NCBI GenBank assembly: GCA_017992215.1
Contig: JAGOOZ010000002.1
Span: 1 to 36,177 of the forward strand
Reading direction: 5' to 3'
Length of the DNA: 36,177 nucleotides
From: Minisyncoccota bacterium
GTDB lineage: Bacteria > Patescibacteriota > Minisyncoccia > Phycocordibacterales > UBA9973
Shown piece by piece: positions 19,433 through 26,054 of the stretch. The notes under the pieces were generated by a model that did no database searches, was not told where the DNA came from, and worked only from the letters and a program-made list of their open reading frames with translations. The translations under genes were made by a program, and so were the position numbers. Each line of letters begins with the position of its first letter. Positions within the stretch are counted from its first letter, which is position 1.

Positions 19433-19576
19433 TCCCGTTAGAGACCCTGCCTTTGCCGGCAGGCAGGCGCGGTCGTAGTAAAAAATACAATGGATGTCTT
19501 TAAAACAAAAGTAGAAATTATAAATAAACAAAACAGTGTTGCGTTACGGACCGCGACCTGTCTCTAACGGGATGAT
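19429..19576 (+). mobile_element. MITE-like inverted-repeat element, copy A (138 bp plus ATGAT duplications)
   Basis: Left: CCCGTTAGAGAC 19434-19445, CGCGGTC 19468-19474. Right: GACCGCG 19549-19555, GTCTCTAACGGG 19560-19571. Direct ATGAT at 19429-19433 and 19572-19576. The second copy is at 23107-23234. Confidence 0.6.
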
Positions 19577-20219
19577 ATATATACTCTTTGGAAATGATAC
19601 AAAAAGTAAACGAGCCTACGTCTCGACGCTTGTTTTGGACGGGGAAGTCCTCAGGCTTTCATCTTCTGATATTTCAAAAGAATTACTTGAAAAGTATTCA
19701 CAGACAAAAAGTTTGTTTGATGATTCTCCCATAGTGATTATTGAAAATATGCTCGGGGAAACAGAGTGTATTACCTCAGCAAAAGAAATGGAAAAACTTT
19801 CTTTATCTTCGACACTTTTTATCTTACTTGAAGATGCGCTTCCCGTTGCGGTAGAAAAAAAATATGCAAAACATGCAACGATTATTCGTTTTGATGAAAA
19901 GATAGTATCAGAAAAAACAAAAATAAATACATTTGCTATCGCTGATGCATTTGCTCGTCGAGATAAAATGACTGCATGGATAGAGTATGGGCGAGCTGTT
20001 GATGCAGGTATTGAGCCAGAAGCGCTCTCGGGAATTCTTTTTTGGAAAATAAAAATGTTATTACTTGATGGTTCACGAGTATTTTCTCGAGAAGAACTTG
20101 CACGGTGTTCTTCTCGTCTTGTGTCACTGTATCATCGTTCACACAGGGGAGATGTTGATTTTACGATTGGACTTGAACAGTACCTTCTCGAATCTCTTTC
20201 ACCTGTTTCTAAAAAATAA
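19572..20219 (+). CDS. holA: DNA polymerase III delta subunit-like protein (short HolA)
   Basis: MIYILFGND... start. The segment FAIADAFARRDKMTAWIEYGRAVDAGIEPEALSGILFWKIKMLL resembles HolA domain III. Start set at ATG 19572, because the upstream 12 codons of the track ORF are repeat-element sequence. Confidence 0.5.
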   Translation: MIYILFGNDTKSKRAYVSTLVLDGEVLRLSSSDISKELLEKYSQTKSLFDDSPIVIIENMLGETECITSAKEMEKLSLSSTLFILLEDALPVAVEKKYAKHATIIRFDEKIVSEKTKINTFAIADAFARRDKMTAWIEYGRAVDAGIEPEALSGILFWKIKMLLLDGSRVFSREELARCSSRLVSLYHRSHRGDVDFTIGLEQYLLESLSPVSKK

Positions 20220-20236
20220 AAAAGACAAAAAGAAAA

Positions 20237-20281
20237 GGCTCAGGAGTAAACTCTCGAAATTCGAGAACTAACTCCTGAGCC
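20237..20281. terminator. long compound hairpin, strong T-tract only on the minus strand
   Basis: GGCTCAGGAGT (20237-20247) pairs with ACTCCTGAGCC (20271-20281) and encloses the palindrome TCTCGAAATTCGAGA (20252-20266). On the minus strand it is followed by TTTTCTTTTTGTCTTTTTT. Confidence 0.5.
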
Positions 20282-20489
20282 CTTGTCTTAATAAAAGAAC
20301 GAGTGCATCGTATGCAAAGAATAATAATTTTGCTGATGCAAATGAACGAATGATCGTATACATATCTTTCCCGATATATGCCCCTCTATCATTGGGTAAA
20401 TGTTGGAAGTATATGTGTAACGAAGAACACCTTACATACATTTTATACTTCATAGAAAAAGAGTGCAAGGGGAAGTGTGGATAACAGTT

Positions 20490-20507
20490 GTGCCCTCGGT
20501 AGGAATC
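20490..20507 (-). repeat. 18-bp exact duplicate of the tRNA-Lys 3' end
   Basis: GTGCCCTCGGTAGGAATC at 20490-20507 is identical to 20642-20659 (T-loop to discriminator of tRNA-Lys, plus 1 nt). Confidence 0.8.
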
Positions 20508-20521
20508 TTTCATTACATGAA

Positions 20522-20600
20522 CAGTATACCTTTTCAGCTCGCAGGGTGCGAGCAAAGAAAAGCTTTTCGATTCCTACACACAAGCAAAATGATTTGCTTG
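20522..20600 (+). repeat. structured module, copy L (contains a T-arm-matching segment for tRNA-Lys)
   Basis: Blocks are CAGTATACCTTTTC (20522-20535), hairpin GCTCGCA-GGG-TGCGAGC, GAAAAGCTTTTCGATTCCTACACACAAGC (20557-20585), and hairpin CAAGCAAA-ATGA-TTTGCTTG (20581-20600, with 20581-20585 shared with the preceding block). Collinear with 27561-27641 (minus) and 36100-36177 (plus). Confidence 0.5.
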
Positions 20601-20611
20601 TTCGAGTAAAT

Positions 20612-20635
20612 AAAAAACGACCTAAGTCGTTTTTT
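20612..20635. terminator. bidirectional intrinsic terminator downstream of tRNA-Lys
   Basis: AAAAAACGAC, loop CTAA, GTCGTTTTTT. Confidence 0.75.
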
Positions 20636-20642
20636 ATTCGGG

Positions 20643-20715
20643 TGCCCTCGGTAGGAATCGAACCTACGACCATCTCCTTAAAAGGGAGCTGCTCTACCGA
20701 CTGAGCTACGAGGGC
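20643..20715 (-). tRNA. tRNA-Lys (anticodon UUU)
   Basis: Hand-folded 73-nt cloverleaf: GCCCTCG/CGAGGGC acceptor, GCTC/GAGC D-stem, anticodon loop CTTTTAA, T-arm GTAGG-TTCGATT-CCTAC, discriminator A. CCA is not encoded. Confidence 0.9.
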
Positions 20716-20856
20716 ATATAATAAACAAAGCTAATTATCACATATTCAGTTGAAACCGCTACGACTGAACTATAAGGGTATATCTTTATAACGTGTAAAA
20801 AAGATTTTACTTGTGAAAATTCTCTTTTACACGTACACTCAAAAATATCACACTTT

Positions 20857-21351
20857 ATGGTAAAAATCAATAATACCAACAAGTCAATAGAGTCAGTGCT
20901 TGTGCTTCCAGATATTCGAAGTGCTCTCAATGTAGGGGCTCTTTTTCGAACAGCTGATGCTGTCGGTGTGTCGAAAATATATCTTACTGGATACACACCA
21001 TGTCCAACAGACCAGTTTGGTCGTATTCAAAAAGATATTGCCAAGAGTGCTCTCGGTGCTGAAACGTGGGTTCCATGGGAATACAAGAAAACAGTTTCTC
21101 CACTTCTCCGTACGCTTAAAAAGAACGGGTATACCATTGTCGCCGTCGAACAGAGTCCGAGGTCTGTTTCGTACAGGTCTATTCCAAAGAAAGAAAAAAT
21201 CGCATTTGTACTTGGGCCAGAAGTTTCAGGACTTTCTTCTCGTATTCTTACTGAGTGTGATGTTATCGCCGAGATTCCAATGAAGGGAAAAAAGGAGTCA
21301 CTCAATGTTTCTGTTGCAGGGGGAATTGTATTATTCTCTGCGCTCTCTTAA
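20857..21351 (+). CDS. SpoU/TrmH-family RNA 2'-O-methyltransferase
   Basis: 164 aa with SPOUT motifs NVGALFRTADAVG, FVLGPEVSGLS and IPMKGKKESLNVSVAGGIVLF. Confidence 0.85.
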   Translation: MVKINNTNKSIESVLVLPDIRSALNVGALFRTADAVGVSKIYLTGYTPCPTDQFGRIQKDIAKSALGAETWVPWEYKKTVSPLLRTLKKNGYTIVAVEQSPRSVSYRSIPKKEKIAFVLGPEVSGLSSRILTECDVIAEIPMKGKKESLNVSVAGGIVLFSALS

Positions 21352-21355
21352 TAAT

Positions 21356-21379
21356 AAAACACCCCATGTGGGGTGTTTT
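21356..21379. terminator. bidirectional intrinsic terminator
   Basis: AAAACACCCC-ATGT-GGGGTGTTTT between convergent genes. Confidence 0.75.
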
Positions 21380-21380
21380 A

Positions 21381-21584
21381 TTATTCTTCTCTGTAGTTCT
21401 TTGGAAGATCTTCTGGTCCATACACTGAGCCTGGATTGTCCTTGTCAGTCAGTGGTGTAATAAACGGTTTCTGTGCTGATTCGTTTTGATACCCTCCCGT
21501 AAGAAGCCATACAAAAAAGAGTACAACAAGAAAGATTAAAAGCATTTTTGGAAAATCATCTCCACCCCCGCCTCCGTGTGCCAT
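21381..21584 (-). CDS. small membrane protein (67 aa), unknown function
   Basis: A Gly-run, then one clear TM helix (MLLIFLVVLFFVWLL). Tightly follows fpg and ends at the terminator. Confidence 0.45.
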   Translation of the reverse strand: MAHGGGGGDDFPKMLLIFLVVLFFVWLLTGGYQNESAQKPFITPLTDKDNPGSVYGPEDLPKNYREE

Positions 21585-21599
21585 ACAATAAATAGTTTA

Positions 21600-22529
21600 T
21601 TATGTGAATAATTTTTGATGAACTGAGCAGAAGTGCGCACTCCGTCCACCGATGACTTTTCGTAGTATAACACCTTTACATCCACGCTTGCTACATTTCT
21701 CTTTCGTCTTCCGATACGCATTATGCTCACCCTGGAATCGTCCTCGCATACCATTGATGTCTCGATAGTCCGATGTTGAATCACCTCCGAAATCAATTCC
21801 CTTGTTGAGAACTTCTTTCACAGCATCATAGAGTTGTTTCATAGAGGTGAACGGAGTAGCTTTTGGTTTTGATTCTGGGTGAATACCGGCGAGCCAGAGT
21901 GCTTCATCAGAATAAATATTCCCTACACCCGCGATGTTTGTCTGATCCATCAACACTGTTTTTATGTTTCCATTTAGTTTGCGCATGATACGTTCCTTAA
22001 ATATAGAGAAGGTGAAACGTGCATCAAGCGGTTCGGGTCCGATACTTTTCAAGTGACTTGTGTCATGAGCCGTGTCTGTATCGAGTAGCGTTACTTTGCC
22101 AAATTTACGTGCATCACAAAATGCGAGGTGTTTACCATTTGAAAGTGTGAAGACGACGTGAATGAATCTATTATATGGGTCATGGAATGCTTCACGCTCG
22201 TCATGTGTTGGTGTCCAGGTATTTTCTTTTTTATGAAACACATAGTTCCCGTAGAGGAGGTGACCGGTCATTTTCAGGTGGATGAGAATTGTTTTGTTGT
22301 TGGAAAGATTAATGAGGATATTTTTCGCTCGACGTTCAACGTTTAAAACTTTTGCACCAATAATTTCCTTTTTAAATTTTTTGTAAAATGTTTCGTCTTT
22401 GAGCGTACCCTCAAATTGTTTGATTGGATTTTTCTTCGCAAGGTCCGTCCATGCATCAACAAAAGAAAGTCCAGGAAGGACTTTCTGTAATCCTTTTGTT
22501 GTCGTTGTAACTTCTGGGAGTTCCGGCAT
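21600..22529 (-). CDS. mutM: formamidopyrimidine-DNA glycosylase (Fpg/Nei family)
   Basis: N-terminal MPELPEV, H2TH region, and a C-terminal zinc-finger-like motif (C..RGC.....GGRS.HFC). Confidence 0.9.
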   Translation of the reverse strand: MPELPEVTTTTKGLQKVLPGLSFVDAWTDLAKKNPIKQFEGTLKDETFYKKFKKEIIGAKVLNVERRAKNILINLSNNKTILIHLKMTGHLLYGNYVFHKKENTWTPTHDEREAFHDPYNRFIHVVFTLSNGKHLAFCDARKFGKVTLLDTDTAHDTSHLKSIGPEPLDARFTFSIFKERIMRKLNGNIKTVLMDQTNIAGVGNIYSDEALWLAGIHPESKPKATPFTSMKQLYDAVKEVLNKGIDFGGDSTSDYRDINGMRGRFQGEHNAYRKTKEKCSKRGCKGVILRKVIGGRSAHFCSVHQKLFT

Positions 22530-22532
22530 AAA

Positions 22533-23111
22533 TTATTTTCCTCCTAAAATTTTGAGTGCTTCTTTGATTCGTGCATTTGTTCCTTCGATAGAAGGGGGGA
22601 TTTGCTTGAGTGCATCACGAGCTTCGTTTTGTGAATAGCCGAGAGCTTTGAGGGCTTCGATGATATCACTTTCTTCTCGAAGCACACCTGGTGTGTGGCT
22701 ACCACCAGTATGTGCTTTTAATTTATCACGTAGTTCGAGAACTATTTTATCCGCTGTTTTTCTACCAATACCAGAAACCTTGTTGAGATAGCTTGTGTCA
22801 CCAGTTGCAATCGCTTTTTTGAGTGTATCAATTGAAGCGACAGCGAGAATCGAGAGGGCAGACTTGGGTCCAATACCAGAAACATCAAGGAGGAGTTCGA
22901 AGAATGATAATTCATCTATCGTTGCGAATCCATAGAGGTCGAGAGAGTTTTCGCGGACAGCCGTATATGTCCAAAGTGCGACCGTGTCGCCCATGCCATA
23001 TGCACCCACAGTATCAGTTGTAATAAATACTTTATATCCAACACCATTAACGTCAATAACGAAAAACTTGTCAGTCGTATGAATAATAGTGCCTTCGATT
23101 CGTGCAATCAT
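22533..23111 (-). CDS. ruvA: Holliday junction DNA helicase subunit RuvA
   Basis: MIARIEGTI... N-terminal OB domain, HhH motifs (VSGIGPKSA, VSGIGRKTA), and C-terminal domain III. Confidence 0.93.
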   Translation of the reverse strand: MIARIEGTIIHTTDKFFVIDVNGVGYKVFITTDTVGAYGMGDTVALWTYTAVRENSLDLYGFATIDELSFFELLLDVSGIGPKSALSILAVASIDTLKKAIATGDTSYLNKVSGIGRKTADKIVLELRDKLKAHTGGSHTPGVLREESDIIEALKALGYSQNEARDALKQIPPSIEGTNARIKEALKILGGK

Positions 23112-23234
23112 CCCGTTAGAGACAGGTCGCGGTCCATATGTAAGGAACCGTTTTGCTGTGTTGTGAAAATAAGTAAATAATTAAATGTATACCCGTATTT
23201 AGTAAACCGTGACCGCGGTCTCTAACGGGATCAT
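23107..23234 (-). mobile_element. MITE-like inverted-repeat element, copy B (118 bp plus ATGAT duplications, inverted relative to copy A)
   Basis: Plus strand: CCCGTTAGAGAC 23112-23123, AGGT, CGCGGTCC 23128-23135 ... GACCGCG 23211-23217, GTCTCTAACGGG 23218-23229. ATCAT at 23107-23111 and 23230-23234 (ATGAT on the minus strand). Confidence 0.6.
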
Positions 23235-23540
23235 GTGTATAGTATACTCGTTTTTTGATAATTTAGAGAGCGTTTACTTTTCTGATTTTTTCTGGTATTG
23301 TTACTAGGTTCTTATATGTCTGTGTCTCAGATTTGTAAGATTACTATCCCAGCCCCATAATTTGAAAGACATACGAGGGGTGAAGCGCTTAGCGAAAAAC
23401 TGGTTGGCCTATTCGGCCCCGCGCTTCAGATAGCAATACGTGTTCATTTTAATGTTTATCTATACTTATTATTAAATTAATGAAATTATGGAGCGGGATG
23501 ACAATTTTTATAGTCGTTCCACTCCTTAAAAATCAGTCAC

Positions 23541-23795
23541 ATGCCAATTACAAAATCAGCAAAAAAGGCGCTTCGAAGTTCTCTTGTAAAAAAGGGAGTT
23601 AATGATCGCCGAAAGAAAGCTCTCAAGGAATCAATCAAAGGTATTGAGAAGCTCGTAAAAGAAAAGAAAAAGGACGAAGCAAAGAAGCTTCTCCCAAGTG
23701 CATACAGTGCAATCGACAAGGCAGCAAAGAAGGGTGTTATCAAGAAAAATAACGCATCTCGCAAAAAGGCTCGTCTTTCAAAGATCACAAAATAA
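23541..23795 (+). CDS. rpsT: 30S ribosomal protein S20
   Basis: 84 aa, very basic. MPITKSAKKALR... and ...AIDKAAKKGVIKKNNASRKK are S20 hallmarks. Confidence 0.93.
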   Translation: MPITKSAKKALRSSLVKKGVNDRRKKALKESIKGIEKLVKEKKKDEAKKLLPSAYSAIDKAAKKGVIKKNNASRKKARLSKITK

Positions 23796-23796
23796 T

Positions 23797-23829
23797 CAAA
23801 ATCTCCCCGACTTGGTCGGGGAGATTTTG
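23797..23829 (+). terminator. intrinsic terminator hairpin after rpsT
   Basis: 15-bp perfect stem CAAAATCTCCCCGAC / GTCGGGGAGATTTTG with loop TTG. Confidence 0.8.
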
Positions 23830-23963
23830 ATTTAAGGATTAGAAGGGTATAATGAGGGAACTTGTCCGCCAAAAACTTTTAGCGGGTAGTATTAATAATA
23901 TTTTTTCTTTCTTGTTGCATACTATTTTGTAATAGACATGAATAAGTTTGAAAGTTTAGGCGG

Positions 23964-24236
23964 ATGAATACCAAAAACTTACTTTTCTTTTATGGACTCG
24001 AATGTCCTCATTGTCAGAAAATGGAGAAACTTGTCGACCGATTGTGTGGTGAAGGTTTTGAAATAGAAAAAGTTGAATGCTGGCACAATAAAGACAACGA
24101 AGAATTATTTGTAAAAATGGACTGCGAAGATGAGCCGTGTGGGGGAGTACCATTTTTTGTAAATCAAAAAACAAAGAAAACTGTCTGCGGGGAGGTGACC
24201 TACGACGAACTCAAGGAATGGGCTGAGGGAAAATAG
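23964..24236 (+). CDS. thioredoxin-fold protein (glutaredoxin-like, CPHC active site)
   Basis: 90 aa. FFYGLECPHCQKM redox motif and GGVPFFV downstream, typical of a small thioredoxin or glutaredoxin fold. Confidence 0.7.
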   Translation: MNTKNLLFFYGLECPHCQKMEKLVDRLCGEGFEIEKVECWHNKDNEELFVKMDCEDEPCGGVPFFVNQKTKKTVCGEVTYDELKEWAEGK

Positions 24237-24307
24237 ATATTGCGATTTGGGGTCGAATAGTGTAGATTGATACTTGTTTACTCATGTATCTATTAGGTAC
24301 ATAGTTT

Positions 24308-24379
24308 GGTCCCGTCGTTCAATGGATAGGACGTAACTTTGCGGAAGTTATGATGCAGGTTCGATTCCTGCCGGGATCA
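24308..24379 (+). tRNA. tRNA-Arg (anticodon GCG)
   Basis: Hand-folded 72-nt cloverleaf: GGTCCCG/CGGGATC acceptor, GTTC/GGAC D-stem, anticodon stem TAACT/AGTTA with loop TTGCGGA, T-arm GCAGG-TTCGATT-CCTGC, discriminator A. CCA is not encoded. Confidence 0.85.
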
Positions 24380-24444
24380 CAGAGTCGAGTGCTAGTTCGA
24401 GCACTCGACAAGGGTCATCAAATACCTTTGTTATAAAGAACAAC

Positions 24445-24479
24445 AAAAATAGCTAACGAGATAATCGTTAGCTATTTTT
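24445..24479. terminator. bidirectional intrinsic terminator after the recombinase gene
   Basis: AAAAATAGCTAACGA, loop GATAA, TCGTTAGCTATTTTT. Confidence 0.75.
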
Positions 24480-24495
24480 GTTTGAAAAGTTAGTT

Positions 24496-25779
24496 TTACG
24501 CTTTAACTGTTATGATCTTATTTTTCAAAACTAGATCGTTTTTTATACAATCAAGAACCGATCGTTTTTCTAAAATTGTTCCGTCTTTCAAAACGAACTT
24601 CATGTAATTTCTGAGATCAACTTTCTGTATATCAGCTGGGTTGTCCTTTCCTAAAAACATCGCTTGAAGCTTTTTGAATTTCTTGATTTCAAGATTCAGC
24701 TTTTCATTAAGTTGTACTTCATTAAGGTCCAAAGTTCCTGCCATTTTCTGAAATTCTTTTAATAAGTCATCTTCGTTTATTGCAGGATTTGTGCATTTTC
24801 TATCTTTAGATTTAGTACATCTATAATAGACATGTCTATTTACTCCGCCATTTAGTAATTTCTTAAATTTCTCGTCTGCCGTAATACCTGATCCGCACAT
24901 TCCGCACTTCACCATTCGAGTAAACGCAAACTCTTTTCCATGAGTTTTTATAACCTGCGTTTTGATTGCTGATCGGCAATCATCAAAAAGTTCCTTGCTA
25001 ATTATTGGCGTATGCTTTCCGTCGTACCAGTTTCCACTGCCTTGTGGAAACTCAAATCGTCCGTAATAAAAGGTGTTGTTGATTATTTTAAATACATTTC
25101 CAAGACTTAGATAAAACCCTCTATGTGTTTTGAAATTCAGTTCATACCGTAACCATGAGTATACTCTCATTCCGCTCCACCGTTCGTATGCGATTTTCTC
25201 AAAAATCTGTTTAATTACTGGTGCTCGTTCGGGATCAATCTCTACTTCGCATTTCGCTAGTCTCTTGTTTGATTTCCTGTATCCAGTTGGCGGTTGTACT
25301 GGCCATAATCCCATTTCGCACCGTGCTCTCATTCCTCGCTTCACATTGATACTCTTGTTGTCATTCTCTAGTTTTGCTTGAGAGCATAAAATCATCAAGA
25401 GGAATTTATCACTTGGCGAATTAGTAAATGTTTGCCCGAATGTCTTGATTTGAGTTAACTTCTTTTGATCAATACGATCCACCAACTTTCCCAAATCTCC
25501 AGCATTTCTTGAAAGACGATCTGGTGCCCAGGTAATAATTGCGTTGAATATGCCGTCGTCTATGTCTTTTAGTATTTCCTCAAACACGGGTCGTTGACCT
25601 GACTCTTTTGCACTATGAGATTCACGACGGATCTCTACCACATTCAAACCTTCACGCTCTGCTATTTGGCTCATTTCCTTGACCTGGGAATCAATGGAAA
25701 GGGCTTGCTTTTCTTCGTCTTCGGTTGATTTGCGGGCGTATAAGCAATATTTAAGATTATCTTTTATTATTTCTGTCAT
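24496..25779 (-). CDS. large serine recombinase (resolvase/invertase catalytic domain, recombinase domain, zinc ribbon)
   Basis: N-terminus LYARKSTEDEEKQALSIDSQ (catalytic Ser context), DRLSRN motif, a central recombinase domain, and a Cys cluster (CGMCGSG...YYRCTKSKDRKC). Its 3' end lies 116 bp from tRNA-Arg. Confidence 0.9.
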   Translation of the reverse strand: MTEIIKDNLKYCLYARKSTEDEEKQALSIDSQVKEMSQIAEREGLNVVEIRRESHSAKESGQRPVFEEILKDIDDGIFNAIITWAPDRLSRNAGDLGKLVDRIDQKKLTQIKTFGQTFTNSPSDKFLLMILCSQAKLENDNKSINVKRGMRARCEMGLWPVQPPTGYRKSNKRLAKCEVEIDPERAPVIKQIFEKIAYERWSGMRVYSWLRYELNFKTHRGFYLSLGNVFKIINNTFYYGRFEFPQGSGNWYDGKHTPIISKELFDDCRSAIKTQVIKTHGKEFAFTRMVKCGMCGSGITADEKFKKLLNGGVNRHVYYRCTKSKDRKCTNPAINEDDLLKEFQKMAGTLDLNEVQLNEKLNLEIKKFKKLQAMFLGKDNPADIQKVDLRNYMKFVLKDGTILEKRSVLDCIKNDLVLKNKIITVKA

Positions 25780-25897
25780 ACATATATTGATGACAGAGAA
25801 AGATAGTTTTGCTAAGACTATGCAGAACTAGATATACGTCGCATACTCGCAAATAGCTTTTACCTCTTTATTTTAATCTATTTTGTGATATAGTAAC

Positions 25898-26040
25898 TTT
25901 ACTACATATTGAAGCCTGTGAACCACTGACAAGGGGGAGGCAACGATACGGAGCCAGAGAAAAAAGTAGGGTGGCACCGCGATATACTATCGCCCCTGCG
26001 AGCTTATCAACATAAGTTCGAAGGGGCATTTTTGTTCCTT
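25898..26040 (+). promoter_or_regulatory. T-box riboswitch leader (transcription attenuation) for aspS
   Basis: Conserved T-box sequence AGTAGGGTGGCACCGCG (25965-25981). Terminator stem 25992-26027 (GCCCCTGCGAGCTTAT...ATAAGTTCGAAGGGGC), whose 5' half overlaps the antiterminator 3' strand, followed by a T-tract at 26029-26034. Candidate specifier GAC-A at 25928-25931. Possible extended -10 TGATATAGT just upstream. Confidence 0.8.
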
Positions 26041-26054
26041 CATCTCTAATAAAT

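Noticed and set aside
20268-20996. ORFs 20268..20555, 20443..20673, 20477..20704 and 20706..20996
   Set aside because: They overlap tRNA-Lys, its duplicated end, terminators or the SpoU promoter region. Their sequences are low-plausibility.
23537-23872. 111-aa minus-strand ORF opposite rpsT
   Set aside because: It is an antisense shadow of the lysine-rich S20 gene (F/L/S-rich mirror composition). S20 on the plus strand is unambiguous.
24404-24418. CTCGACAAGGGTCAT after tRNA-Arg compared with CTCGACAAGGTTCAT at 27417-27431, as possible att direct repeats
   Set aside because: It is a 15-mer with one mismatch. By my rough count, dozens of such pairs are expected by chance in 36 kb when both strands are considered. 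I kept only the tRNA-derived repeats as evidence.
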